Shown: positions 23,790 to 36,270, counted from the first letter of the stretch. The stretch is 64,000 nt of DNA from Chrysemys picta bellii (GCF_011386835.1 NC_088795.1:30132001-30196000), one strand, 5' to 3'. Translations and numbers: made by a program. The notes: a model not told the origin generated them from the letters alone.

Positions 23790-23947
23790 GAAGGTTGTAA
23801 AAGTTCCTTCACTGGAGGTTTTCAAAAGGAGACTTGTTAGCCATCTGTCTTGGATGGTTTAGACACAACAAATCCTGCATCTTGGCAGGGGATTAGTCTA
23901 GATGACCCTTGTGGTCCCTTCTAATCCTATGACTCTATGACTCTAAG
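23790..23947 (+). mobile_element. CR1 3' end
   Basis: ctagatgacccttgtggtcccttctaatcctatgactctatgactcta, a CR1 terminal hairpin region with an 8-mer tail repeat. Confidence 0.82.
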
Positions 23948-25224
23948 ATGAAGCAGGAAGATTTCAGTAACCTTTTACGATATATAATGTTCTTATTAAA
24001 ATACCTGAAACTTGCTGAAAAGGGTCCCCATCTGTTTTAAAATTCTGGGACTAGATAAGGATTCTTCTCTAATAGCAATTCCCCCCAGGAGATACTCATC
24101 CCATGTTTAACAAACGAGAAAAAATTAACCTGTAAAACAGTCAACCTGTAAAGAGGAGGGGAAGTAATTAGAGGGGAGAAAATAATGGACACAGAGACAT
24201 TATAAAGAGTTTTCAATACAGATATATTAGTATCTAACTGTACACAATTAAAACATTTTATTTCAAATTCTTGACAGAGGTAGTCTTTAAGAGATCACTC
24301 ACTGAGATTAAAAAAATTATAGCCTCCAAGGGCATAATTTTAAAACTATATAATGAATTTTTATTAAACTTGCTGTAGGGATAATTAAGAAAATAAAAGA
24401 ATTAAAGTTAGGTTTTTTGGTTAAAAAATAATATCTTTGCTTTATTATTCATGGCTAATAAAGAAAAGGTCCCAATCAGTAAGTAAAAGAAGGTTGTGAG
24501 AATAATAAGACGTATAACCTGGCTATTGCTTGTCATGTGGGAAGGATGTATGGTTTAAAAAGTAACTAATAAAATAAAGAGCTGCAGTAACAAGACAAAG
24601 AAAAACTGTCTTAAAAGAAACAAACACAACCCTTCCCACTGTTCTGTTGGTGAGCAAGAAGGGGTGAGGAGATAAGAAAGGAAGGCCTTAGAGGAAGGAA
24701 ATTGGGTTTTTGCTAAAGTCAGCAAGTTAACTGCAGGTACAAAGAGAGCCATGAATCTCAAGGTTCTTTGTCAGATCCTACCTGATCATGCTGGAGTTCA
24801 CCAGGATGAGATGGTTTTCCCTAGCTCTGGCCTATTTGTAAGTATACTGATTGCATGCTTATGAATACTTTGTTACTGTATTGGGTGTAGTGACTGCTTA
24901 TTTTTAAGCTGTTAGGCATGCCTATAGCAATTGCATAAAATACCATTTGGCCTTTGGCCTTAATAAAGGAATTTACGGTTAAATTAGTCAGGTGGTCTCT
25001 GATATTAATATTAATAATTTCAAATATTAATTATATCAACACTTGCCATTGAAGACAAACATAATTATATTAATAAGTGGGAAAAGTTATAGATACGAAA
25101 ATTCCCTGTGGTCTTGATTCAAAGCCCCCTGATGCCAATGGTAATCTTTTCTTTGTCTTTATTGGTCTTTGGATCTGGCTCCTAGAGCTGTGGTCTCTTA
25201 TTTGCCATACAGCAGCTCCTCTTT

Positions 25225-25690
25225 CATATGTGTAACTATAAAAGAAAATAATCATAAGTGCTATTAAAGTGGTACCTGACAACCTCTCCTTTAAAGGAAA
25301 TCTGCAGAGATGAGTCAGACAACTCATGCCTTTAGCTATATTTGGTAGAAAAATTCCTAAGCACAGGAATATTAGTCAATTATCTTAAACTTCATGGACA
25401 GAACAAAAGAGAAATTACCAGTGGATCTATTAGTAAAACTTCGGGGGCTTACAAATAAAAAGATCTAGCCACTCCATAATAAAAAATTGCTCACACCTTT
25501 TGATAGCATCAGATCTGCGTTTTGGCAGTGTTTTGGACGAGAAAGGAGCCTTCTGACAATAATCTTAGTCTTAGAAGAGTATGGGATAGTCTCATAATGG
25601 AAAAGCTCCTGGATGATATAAAACGGGGGGGAGATTAGATTCTTACAGGTCTGGCTATCAATTTCTAGAATATGAAAAAGATAAGATGAA
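25225..25690 (+). mobile_element. L1-type LINE ORF2 C-terminal relic
   Basis: Collinear LLKWYLTTSPLKEIC, KLPVDLLVKLRGL, SHLLIA, RVWDSLIMEKLLDDIKRG and RFLQVW, as recalled for non-mammalian L1 C-termini. Confidence 0.7.
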
Positions 25691-26274
25691 ATAAATAGAG
25701 GCCTTGGAAATACAGAAATATATTGACTTCAGTAGGGGTACTCGTGCTTAAAGATAAGCATGTGCTTAAAAGCTTTGCTTCATAGGATTTGAGCATGAAA
25801 AGATGCTGAGTGCCCTCAATTCTAAGCCTACAGGCCCACAATTTAATGCACTATATGCACTTAAATAGTCCCACTGAACTCAATGTGTCTGTTCACATGA
25901 ATAAAATTACTCACATGTTAAATGTTTGTAGGATGGGGATTCAAATGCTTTATCCTTAGAATTCTATGTGACTACACATTCTTTTTCATATAGTTGTATT
26001 ACATACGTTATTCGGCACTGTGTATTGTGTAGATATCATATGTAAATTGCAGAATTCATTTACTGCATCTTAATTTTGTTTCTGATTAAGAAACCAACTA
26101 AATTGTAATTGCTGGTAATTAGGAAAGGACAAACAAACATTAGCAATTGCTATTAATTCACGTTCATTTAGATTGTTTTCTTCTGTTTACTGTTATAAGT
26201 AATAGTACATAGCACTAACATAAATGTTTTCTATTTCCAAAATACTTTTAAAAAATGGTTTAATTAATCATTTC

Positions 26275-26410
26275 AGTTCCCCATGTGAGGCAGCCAACAA
26301 TTACGCCCTATTTTACAGGTTGCAAAGCTAAGGCAGAAACGTTAAACAACCTGTCCAGTGCAATAAACAGAATGTGTGCCAGAGATGGAATTAAAATTCT
26401 GGAATTCCAT
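26275..26410 (-). mobile_element. MIR-like SINE fragment
   Basis: tgtgaggcag..ccctattttacag..aaagctaaggcagaaacgttaa is the reverse-complement CORE pattern. Confidence 0.55.
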
Positions 26411-27925
26411 GGGTTCAGACAAGTTTTAAATGCTGCACTATACCTTTCACTCTTGGGTCCAAATTCTGATCAAACAATGTTAACTCCATTGACTTCATTG
26501 GAGTAATTCAATTTGCATCAATAGAACGCAATATGTGCACCAGTTTAACTGAGCTCAAAAGCAGGCCCATGATGTTTAGCAATTATTTGTAAACATTGTA
26601 ATACAAATTATATGTCACTAATGTGATAATGTGTCTATTTATTATTAATTATTGTTGTTTTGTTTTGTTGTTTTCTAAAATACCCTTCACCATAATATGT
26701 GGGCAATCTGTGGCTGGCTAAAATCATGTCTCTCTATGCAACAAAACAACTTTACAAATTAGTAGTAAAAAGATATAACTACACAAAAGGGCTAAAAGAA
26801 AAATCATGATTAGACATGTACAAAAAAAATTTCTTCTCCACAGAGTTTCATAGGAAAGGTCTGGGTATTTTTGTAGTCAGTAGCTGTGTTGTCCAGTGCA
26901 AGCTAAATCCAAACACACACAGAGGTACAGTTTTAAAACTGTTATTAGGAGAGCTGTAGTAGCTAACAGCTTGTGCACTCTTAATAGTTCTTGGGGCAGA
27001 TTAACTAGTAGTGGTGCTAAGGTTCTCAGGTTGCAATACTACAGCGGTCTTAAAGAGGACAAATAACCCCTTTTCCATGCTTTACAAAGGCTATCTTCCT
27101 TCCAGCCCTAACGAAGGAATCCATAGTGGTTGTGGGGTTTGTTTGTTTTTTTGGTCCTAATAAGCAGTGTTACTACACATCTATGGACATTCTTCATTGG
27201 TCATCCTCTCCTTACTCTGGTCACAATTAAAAGATTCCTTGCCCATTTGTGTTCAGGGGGCCTGCTTTTCAAAAGCTTTTAACATACTGCTATGATCTGG
27301 AATCATTTCATTATAAACAGGCTTTCTGTTCCTTTTGTGATTTTGTGAAACTTTTTCCACCATTAAGAACTAGCTTTTCTTTTCTCGTCTCTCTGAATGA
27401 CCCTGAATGGAAGGCGGAATACATGTTTCTTCCTGGTACTGTCTTTTCTCTCTGTTACTGGCAAAGCACATCCAGACATTCTCCAATAGAAGTTTTTTTT
27501 TTTCCCCTGTGTGTTTTGCTCTTCACTTGCACTGAGTCTCTGCACATTTTAGCACCTTTTTAGTCTTCTCTTTCATAAATATCTGAATTTGTTCCTGCAC
27601 CTTCTTGTGCTTGCAAAAGAGTTCATTCTTTGGACTTCAACTACTTGAAGTTGATTCTGCTTTGTCATTGAGTCTTCCAACAGCTCTATATCACTTTGGC
27701 ATCCAGTTTCCTTTCCACAGCATTACTTTTTGTGCATTCTTCTTTCACATGAGCAAATTCCAGAAATGCTACTGGTATACATTGAGAGAGAGAGTTTTTT
27801 CTCTTCCATCTTATTTTCAATGGTCCAAAATTACCTTGCAGGACACTGAAGTTCTGATAAGCATTGAGCTATCTCCTTATTGTGTAATTGTGACCAGCTT
27901 CCTAACATTTTTAATTTTGTTGCAG

Positions 27926-27994
27926 TGTTTCAGCAAAAGGGCACCAGAACTCAGAGTGATAACGAGAAGATGTACTATGCTTTCAGGAAACAAG
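27926..27994 (+). CDS. BANK1: BANK1 coding exon (about exon 11)
   Basis: Acceptor aattttgttgcag|, donor caag|gtgtgg, 69 nt, phase 1-1. Reads (V)FQQKGTRTQSDNEKMYYAFRKQ and continues the YIxQ-VFQQK junction of BANK1. Confidence 0.93.
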
Positions 27995-28294
27995 GTGTGG
28001 AACCTCATTTTGCTATTTTAACTGTCTTGATGTTCCTTAATTGGGACTATGAGAGTTTTGCTCTGGCTTGATTTTTTCTTGGATTATTTAATATCTTTTT
28101 TTTCCTACCAGGATGGCTTAAATCCCCAATAGTATTTCAGCTTATAAAAATCAATTCAAATAAATAAAAAGTTATTATTTTAACAAAGCAAATCAGTGAG
28201 GGGCTTTATAAAAGCTTTTTGGATACATATGAAAAAGCAAAAATGACTGCGCACTTTTCTATCAGCTTTCGCTATAATGATTAAAACTAGAAAA

Positions 28295-28698
28295 GGAGGA
28301 ACTGGGTGGCTCATACATACGCTGTGCATCAGTTCTAACCTGCCTGAGTCAATAGCAGGTGACCAAAGCTTATCTCATGGCTGCTTTTTGCCCCATGTAA
28401 AATGAGTTGCTTGTCCCAGCCCAATTGCTATTTGAGAAGAGTCCATATCACTAAATAACCACTGCAACTGGCATTAATTGGTATCCTAGCATAACTAGCA
28501 TTGTTATTGTTAAACGAATGCACATGGAGTAGAGACTGAATTATCCTTCCAGGAAATAGCCCCTCTAGGTCAGGTTTAGGGCATATTAGTTGAAGCAGAG
28601 TAGGGAAGCTGCATTGCAGTTGTCTGTTCAGTGAATAAACAGAGAACGCCACTTGCCAGTGCTGTCAGTGTCTCTTTTTGCACTAAATTCATTAAAAA
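28295..28698 (+). mobile_element. LF-SINE, near full length
   Basis: Matches the recalled LF-SINE consensus along its length: atgtaaaatgagttg, gagactgaattatcct, ccctctaggtcaggttt, gggaagctgcattgc, and the 3' end gcactaaattcattaaaaa. Confidence 0.75.
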
Positions 28699-29659
28699 GT
28701 AAGTGTTGAAATATAGGATGTTTCTGGGTAATGATTCAATAACTGCAACATTTAGTAATGGAGTATTGCTAGTGTATCCCTACAAAGGTTATTCCCGTAA
28801 AACGTTTTAGGTTTGATTTTTCCACTGCCTGGCATCTGGTATAGTAATTTGCACTCTCTTAGTACAAATGTAAATGATTATCAGAGATGCAAAGTGGTGG
28901 AGATTCATGGCCAACGTATGCTGGTACTTAATATTCTTGGAAAAGAGCAGAATGGGGCTCAATAATGACTTTTTTCTCCTCATCAAGGTATATTTCCCTT
29001 TGCACAGCTGGTCATCCCTCATGTAGAACAAAGGGATGTCATGCATGGCACAATAAGGAATCAGACATAATCAATTAAGAGCTTACATGTAGGTAAAGAC
29101 AAATACTATGGCTCCAATTCTGAGATTCAGTCTAGCTGCATTCTGTGTAGGAGCCAAGGAGAGGGGACCAGCAGTGGTATTATGCCACCTTTTTTAGTTC
29201 CTTGATTCTGGGCTGACAGAGCTATTTCAGAATCCCTCAAAAAATCAGAGCAGCCTCTGGGCTGCTTTAACCTACTCCCAGCTGCCTTTGCCCCCAAGCA
29301 GCCATTCCAATAGCTGAGAATACTAAGAACATATGGGCTAAACTGTGAGGGTGGCAGCATAGAACTCCATATTACTTCTCTTCAATTGCACACCTGTATA
29401 GGGATTAGTTAGAATCTAGTCCTATGAAGCTACATATAAATTATAAGATTTCTTTTTGACCCTGCATATTTTCTGATCATTATGGTTGAGTGAATTATAT
29501 GAAAATTCAAAACAGCACTCTCAGCACAAGCTATTGGGAAATATGCTATGTGAATTTGGGGGGAGAGGAAAATGGATATTGATGGGAGTTTGGGGAGTGA
29601 GGGAAATGCTTATTAATGGGAATTTGGGATCTTCCACTCCTATCCCCAAGTAATGTTAT

Positions 29660-29908
29660 GGTTTATAAAACCAATAACTTGGCATGATATAAATGGCTCT
29701 TAGCCACGATGGTCAGGGATGCAACCCCATGCTCAGGGTGACCCTAAACCTCTGACTGCCAGAAGCCAGGAATGGAATACAGGGATGGATCACTCCATAA
29801 TTGCCTCATTCTGTACACTCCCCCTGAAGCTCTTGTACAGGCCACGATTGGAGACAGGATACAGGGCAAAATGGACCATCGTCTGCCCCAATATGGCAGC
29901 TCTTATGT
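29660..29908 (+). mobile_element. CR1 (turtle PsCR1-like) 3' UTR and tail
   Basis: gatggtcagggatgcaaccccatgctc..ggagacaggatac..tggacc..atggcagctcttatgt. Confidence 0.82.
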
Positions 29909-29994
29909 CAGGACTTCCTTTTGAATTCTGTGGAATTTCATAATTAATTAATGGTACGGCCCTATCTCAAAAGAGGAGCTGCTACATAAACTTA

Positions 29995-30283
29995 GGCTAA
30001 GTCTACACTACCCGCCTGAATCGGCGGGTAGAAATCGACCTCTCGGGGATCGATTTATCACATCCTGTCGGGACGCGACAATCGATCCCCGAATCGACGC
30101 TCTTACTCCACCAGCGGAGGTGGGAGTAAGCGCCATCGACAGGAAGCTGCAGAGGTCGATTTTGCCGCCGTCCCTACAGCGGGGTAAGTCGGCTGCGATA
30201 CGTCGAATTCAGCTACGCTATTCGCGTAGCTGAATTTGCGTATCTTAAATCGCCCCCTCCCTCCCCGTAGTGAAGACCTGCCC
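29995..30283. mobile_element. Young PIF/Harbinger MITE
   Basis: TIRs ggctaagtctacactac / gtagtgaagacctgcc, TWA-like flanks, CpG-rich, with an internal hairpin aattcagctacgc..gcgtagctgaatt. Confidence 0.85.
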
Positions 30284-30573
30284 TAAATTTGATGAAGAGT
30301 GAACCAATCAGGCAAATGACAATGAGTTTGAAGGTTTTGTTCACCAGGACACACTACTTCAAAAGAACACTAGCAAATAGCTCATTGCATTTTTCTCTAT
30401 AGAGTTTGGCTGTAAACATGGTTATGATGGTAAAGATTAATTGCCATCTCCTTACAGATTTGCTGCTCACATGCTCTTGCTCAAAATGAGCTTTCATTGA
30501 AAAGAAAAACAGTTTTCGAAATGAATTAACTGTCTGTGCCTTTTTTTAAACTCTTTACACTTGATAACTACAG

Positions 30574-30752
30574 ACAAAGTTCCAACTGACACTTCCACCT
30601 ATACCACTTTGAGACACAGCATCCCTTCTGGACAGGAAGAACTGATCCTTTTGCAGGAACAGGTGAAGAAGGGAACAATTACTGTGGATGAAGCACTTGA
30701 GAAATTTAAACAATGGCAGAATGAAAAAAGCAGATTAGAAGTTCCACAGCAG
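30574..30752 (+). CDS. BANK1: BANK1 coding exon (about exon 12), coiled-coil region
   Basis: Acceptor ataactacag|, donor cagcag|gtatac, 179 nt, phase 1-0. Contains GQEELILLQEQVKKGTITVDEALEKFKQWQ, the BANK1/BCAP-type coiled-coil motif. Confidence 0.96.
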
Positions 30753-30859
30753 GTATACTTCTGAAGGATTATGTTTGCTTGTAGGGCACCTTGTCCAAGA
30801 ATTTCAAAAATAGGTACCTAAATTTGGAGTCCTAAATCCATACTTAGGCATCCAAATAA

Positions 30860-31157
30860 GCATACATCTATAATGTAGCTGTGATTCCCAGCACTGGCAG
30901 ACAGACTTGCACGAGCTCTGCTTGAGCTAGCGCACTAACAATGGCAGCATGGACATTGCAGTGCAGATGCAACTTGGGCTAGCCACACAAGTTCAAACCC
31001 AAGAGTTCAGCAAGCATAGACTCAGGCAGCTAGCCTCAGCCTCCGCCTATGCTGCTACATCCACACTGCTATTTTCAGCATTCTAGCTCAAGCAGAGCTA
31101 ACACAAGTCTGTCCACACCGGGAATCTGGCCACCCAGCTGTGGTATAGACATACCCA
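30860..31157. mobile_element. Older Harbinger-type palindromic MITE
   Basis: Ends catacatctata / tatagacatacc, with inverted arms gctctgcttgagctag / ctagctcaagcagagc. Confidence 0.6.
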
Positions 31158-32352
31158 GGGGCCCTGATTTTCAAAAGTATTGTGCACCCGGCAGCTGATT
31201 TCAGTGAGACCAAGTGGGTTCTCAACATTTAATTTAGGTTGAGTATTTTGGTACCTAACTATGGATTTAGAACATAGCTTTTGCACCAGTTTTGTTGATG
31301 TTTTGTTTTATTTTTTTAAATCTTGTTCTTATTGTTTTGACCATCTATGAAAGCTGTGTAATACATATGAAAAATGATTATCTTTGAATTCTTCTCCATA
31401 AGCCTTCTCTCACCGAATAAGCTGAACCCTTCTCAATTATACGCAGGAGGGGAACCAACTCCCAAAACGAATAGAGCCAGTTAATGGAAGTTTTACCATT
31501 TCAGATATATAAGACATTGTATATACATTACATAGTGTTTTAAACAGGTCTCAAAGAGCTTGCATGCAGAATTACTTGCTACAGTCTGGTATATACATAT
31601 AGGGATCATTGTTTTCCCACCCACTTCTAAAATGGAACCACTTTTGTATTGCAACAAAGAAATCTTTATGCTGGCAGTAGCCCCACTAGCAATTATCAGA
31701 AGTACAAAGAAGTGAAGTGAAGAATAGGATATCTTCCAGATCCCTTAGACCATGATTCTATTACCATATCAGTATTCATGCTGAATAGTATTTTATTCTA
31801 CGAACAGCCCCATTAAAATGCCTGTTTCAATTTGCAGTTCACAAGTAATACATGGGCTGAAGTTTGTTCACACTAAACATTTGTTTTAAACAGAAAATAA
31901 ATATTTAAGACTCAATATGTCTTTGCAGACAATCAGTTGGATTACTTGCATAGTAAGTTGCTACTTATCATGAATAAGGATGGTAGGATCAGATCCTAAA
32001 GTTTCTTTCTATTAGCCCCTTATTTCTCAATTGGCTAGAAAATGACTACCCCTTATTATGGCTACAGAGACCGATGCAGACTGTCTAAATCTATGTGGAT
32101 ATCAGTGTAACTGTCTAGCCCTGGATACGCCATAACTTGCTGATGGCTTGGGGATAAATGCTGAAACTAAAAGGCTGCATCTATAGAGCAGCATGGCATT
32201 CTTCCTAGCCTTTTTAAATGATTTTCCTGTGGTGAGAAGCTAAATGTTCAGCATACTAAAAAGCCAACCTTTTCCAGCTATTCATTCATTATTTTTTTAC
32301 AATCAACCCTGGTTATTGATTTTTATTGTTGTCTGTGTGTTTCTTTTTTAAG

Positions 32353-32416
32353 GAAAAAGTACGCCAGCTCAGAGATAGCATTATTGGGAAAAGACCAGAA
32401 GAAGAAATTTTGTATG
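32353..32416 (+). CDS. BANK1: BANK1 coding exon (about exon 13)
   Basis: Acceptor ttcttttttaag|, donor tatg|gtaaat, 64 nt, phase 0-1. Reads EKVRQLRDSIIGKRPEEEILY versus recalled human EKLRQLRDCIIGKRPEEENVY. Confidence 0.95.
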
Positions 32417-32606
32417 GTAAATTATAGCTAAGTAGCATTTCAATACAATGAAGACATGAATTGTGGGATAAATATGCCATATCTCTGCTTAGGTACCAAT
32501 CCACATCCCAGGTTGGCCTTTAGATCGGCCCTAGTGAGCACTTTGTGTATCTTGGTTTAACTCACAGGTATTATTTTAAATGTAATAAAGACTTGATCAA
32601 CTTTTA

Positions 32607-32679
32607 GGGTAAAATCCTGACCCTTCTGAAGTCAATGGGAGTTTTGCCATTGACTTCAGTTGGGGCCAGGATTTCACCC
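32607..32679. repeat. 73-bp hairpin MITE (one of many similar ones, e.g. about 26450-26550, 49450-49545, 53762-53836)
   Basis: gggtaaaatcctg..ctgaagtcaatgg..ccattgacttcag..caggatttcaccc is an almost perfect inverted repeat. Confidence 0.8.
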
Positions 32680-33675
32680 TCCATGTCTACTGCTCAGCTT
32701 TCCTGTAGTGCACTGTGTTTCTTAATAAAGTGTTGGGACTAGAAATGGGCGATCGATTTCTTAATAACAGTTTATGTGGTGAATTTAGTCTTTTTTTTTC
32801 TCTTGTTTGTGACTCACATTGGTTTTTACTAACTTGTTCGCTGTTCAAAATGATTCATATTTAGTGTCTGTGAATTGCTCAGGAACTGCTCACTGCAAGA
32901 GCTTTTTCACATAATTGGTATTCATTATTCATTATGTGAGCTGTTTTTTTTTTCCATTATTTAAAGTTATACTATATTGTTTTCTTCCTGTTGGGATGGC
33001 CTGCACTTTATAAAGTACTTGCATTTCTTCCCCAAACAAATTTCATTCTGTCTTGAAACTAAAAGTTTGTTTCACAGTTAGACAAATCTTGAGTATGAAC
33101 CTGAAATTTTCCCGCAAATATTTATACAAAAAAAAACTCCATTCACAGAACATTTGTTAAAAATAGGATGTGAACACAGTCAATACAAAATTCTATTTCT
33201 AAATCACAAAATGTTTGCAAATTATTTTTCTCTCTGCTCCCCGAATCAGGAAATCACCCACACTACCGTTTTCATGATTACATTGGAAAACAGTGCACTT
33301 ATGTAGATTTAATGGTTAATGTGTTGTAGTAATTTTGATAAAACTCAGTATTCGTTGAGTACTCTTTGGAGTACCAAGGAGCATTTTTAAAGTAAATATA
33401 AAATAGATACCTTTAAACAGGTAGTCACCCAGGTAACTAAAATCTGTTCCTAAATATTAATGCTAATTGATTGTTAAATGGAGTGTATGTGAAATCCCAT
33501 GAAAAATAGTTCAATTTGTCCTGCGGTTTAATTTTGACAATTAGTACAGAATAGTAAACTGCTTAAAAAAAAAAACTGTCCTTCACATATAGCTATAGGG
33601 GGTGTGTGAGTGTACAAGCAATACTATAGCTATCTATATTTACACACCTATATATTTATCCAATCCAAAGGGAAA

Positions 33676-33677
<2 letters not shown>

Positions 33678-33715
<38 letters not shown>
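33678..33715 (+). repeat. (AC)19 microsatellite upstream of the microexon
   Basis: Uninterrupted AC repeat ending 60 nt before the 33776 acceptor. Confidence 0.97.
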
Positions 33716-33719
<4 letters not shown>

Positions 33720-33775
33720 TCTAATGCCAGAAAGATAGTAAAACAAATTCTAACAATATTTTTTCCTCCTGACAG

Positions 33776-33805
33776 ACAAAATCACCATTGAACATCATCC
33801 AAATG
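33776..33805 (+). CDS. BANK1: BANK1 30-nt microexon (about exon 14)
   Basis: Branch-point-like CTAAC at 33750-33754, tract ttttttcctcctgacag|, donor aatg|gtaagt, phase 1-1. Reads (D)KITIEHHPN versus recalled human NKLTIVHHPG. Confidence 0.88.
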
Positions 33806-33969
33806 GTAAGTGATACTAGCTTTAAAAGTTCACCTTAGCATAGGTACTTTTCAGATTGCCCCTCTGGCAAAAACTACTGCACAGAAATTCCAGGTTATAT
33901 AGCTGATTCCTTAGATTGAAATAATGCATTTTTGGTTAGCTGAATGATATAGTAACCTAGAGGATTCAG

Positions 33970-34310
33970 TGTGAAAGTCCCCACGTTGCCAGGAGCTTAG
34001 AGTACTTGCGCCTGTGAAATGGTTGAATCCCTATCAGCTTTCATAACCGAGCACACAGACCCTGAGTTAGTATTCAGAATCACACCCTTCCTAGGGTTTG
34101 ATTTTATTGGTAGTTCACAAACAGTTACTTGATATAGACCTCAAACTAAGCTTTCTCTCTGAGCTTGGTTGTTTCCTAGTGTTTCCCTCCAGGACCTCCT
34201 GTTCTCCTAGTTCTCTCTAGTTTCCTCTCTCCTGAGAGCCACTCTCTCTCTCTTAATGAACCACACCTCCCACCTGACCTTCAAGGTCAACAAGAGAGCC
34301 CTGCCATTCT
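33970..34310. mobile_element. Possible LTR fragment
   Basis: Starts tgtgaaagtcccc, has an internal tttatt and a CT-rich block. Ends are unclear. Confidence 0.35.
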
Positions 34311-35509
34311 GGGTGAAATTCTATTGTGTGCATTAGACAGGTCAGACTAGATAATCAGAATGTTCCCTTCCAGTCTTAACATCTACCGGTATGAATCCTG
34401 CTACAGTGTCTTATATTGCTCTGAAGTGAGTCTCTCTAGCTGGCATTCAAAATGGGTATAAGACAGAACTTCATCAACCCTTCTTGGGTGGGAATGACAA
34501 GGCAGAGACGTAAAAGGAAGAGAAACGGGGAAGAACCTGAAGGGATCCCAGATCCTTTTGAAACAGATTTTAACTATTGAGGACCTAATCCTTGAGTTCT
34601 TACACAACTCCCATTGAGTTAATTGTCAAAATGATGAGTGTAAGGCTGGGACATTAGAAGGTTACATCTCTGTCCACCCAACAGATGCTTGAAACAAAAA
34701 TGACAGTAGCATATTTTCTCTTTCTTTAGTTTGTGGGGAAAACCTTCATTATAGAGACCTGCTGTACACCACACCCTTTAACAAACTGGTACGTATAGAT
34801 ATTTTCATAGCTCCCACATTTGTTTGTTTGGATTCATTTGCAATTGAAATATGGAGATACCTGTTTTCAAACATAGACTCCTTAACCATATCTCCATATC
34901 CCACTTATAGACTCTCAGATTTGGATGTCCTATTCAGTAGCCACGTCTGAAGATTAGATTTAGCATGCACACTTATTATTCCATAAACTTATTCAGGAAG
35001 GAGTTTAGTTATTTTTGTAAATGAGCAGGGGGATAACTGAATTTTGCTTTTCATAGTTACTAAATGTGATTTTGAATTTCTTGATATTGCTGCTGATCTT
35101 CCTCCAACTAAAGTCAGTGGAAACTGTGCTATAAACTGCAGTTGAAGCAGGGTCAGGTTCAGTCTTCTACTACATTATTTCAGTTCTTCCTATCTTTGGG
35201 TCCCCAAGTAATACTTTATGTGGCTATTAATATATGATTTAATCATAAAAAATATGCCTTTTGTGGGCAGCAGGAGAGTTTATCTTGATTTTTTTTCTGG
35301 AAAGGCAAGTGGGATTAATCTGATTTTAACAATTACTACTACTAAACAAGGAGTAAGTGTGTGGCCTATGAATGCACATGCTATTTGCTCAAGCACCGAA
35401 TATGAACATAGAAAACACTTTGGTTTTAATAAAGCTGATTCTCTGATCACAATTAAAATGACGTCCATTAAGGTATGGATATGATCGCATTTTTGTTGCA
35501 TTCTTATAG

Positions 35510-35550
35510 AACTGGAGACAAAAATGAATCACCAAAGAAAACCTTCGATG
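35510..35550 (+). CDS. BANK1: Probable BANK1 coding exon (about exon 15)
   Basis: Acceptor gcatttttgttgcattcttatag|, donor gatg|gtaaag, 41 nt. Its phase 1-0 is what is needed to join the microexon to the stop exon. Reads (E)LETKMNHQRKPSM. Protein similarity to mammals is weak, so support is mainly splice sites and phase. Confidence 0.6.
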
Positions 35551-35994
35551 GTAAAGTTTTCAAAAATGCCTAAATGACTTAGGAGCTGAAGAGCAATTTT
35601 CAAAAGTGATTTAGGAGTCTAAAAGTCCCACTGAGAGTCAATGAGACTTAGTCTCCTAAATGCCAGATTTTTAATGGTATTTAGGTGCCTAAAGATACAA
35701 AAAGGTGCCTTAGATTTTCAAAACACATAGACACCTAACTATCATTGAAATCAATGGAGTAAGGTGCATAATGGCTTAGTGGGATTTTCAGGAGTGCCAA
35801 GGAGCCTAAGTACCTTTAAGAATCTGGCCAAAGGCACTTTTGGCACTTTACTCATTATCACATACAAACTGCCTTGAGTTTTGTGTGACATTTCCCATAA
35901 TTTAAAAATCATCCACAATCATTTTCTAAAAATAAATATGAGAGATGATTCAAAGTGATCAGAGGTGATTAAAGAAAATAGTTGTGATTCATGA

Positions 35995-36270
35995 TGATTT
36001 GAACTGCCTGTAAATTGTTGTCTTCTGATGGCTCTTTGGTAATTTTTGTAGAATGAACTCTTCTCAGGCCAGTTCTGGGTGGACAAGTTTCCACATCATA
36101 AAACTTGCCATCAATATTGGAATTACCATAATTAGCAACCTCATTGCCAGTCTTAGTGCCAAGGACTGGATGGGCATGTAGTACCATTCTATCACTCAGT
36201 AATGCACCTATGTTTTAAACAACAGTAGTCTATTGTGCCCAGACCAACAGTGCTGCCCCATGTGCTGACG
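35995..36270 (+). mobile_element. LF-SINE fragment
   Basis: tctgatggctc..ttctcaggccagttctgggtggacaagtttccacatcataaaac..gccaaggactggatgggc matches the recalled LF-SINE core. Confidence 0.72.

Noticed and set aside
27605-28021. 138-aa ORF overlapping the 69-nt BANK1 exon
   Set aside because: It is in a different frame from the exon, hydrophobic and T-rich like intron sequence, and has no recognisable domain.
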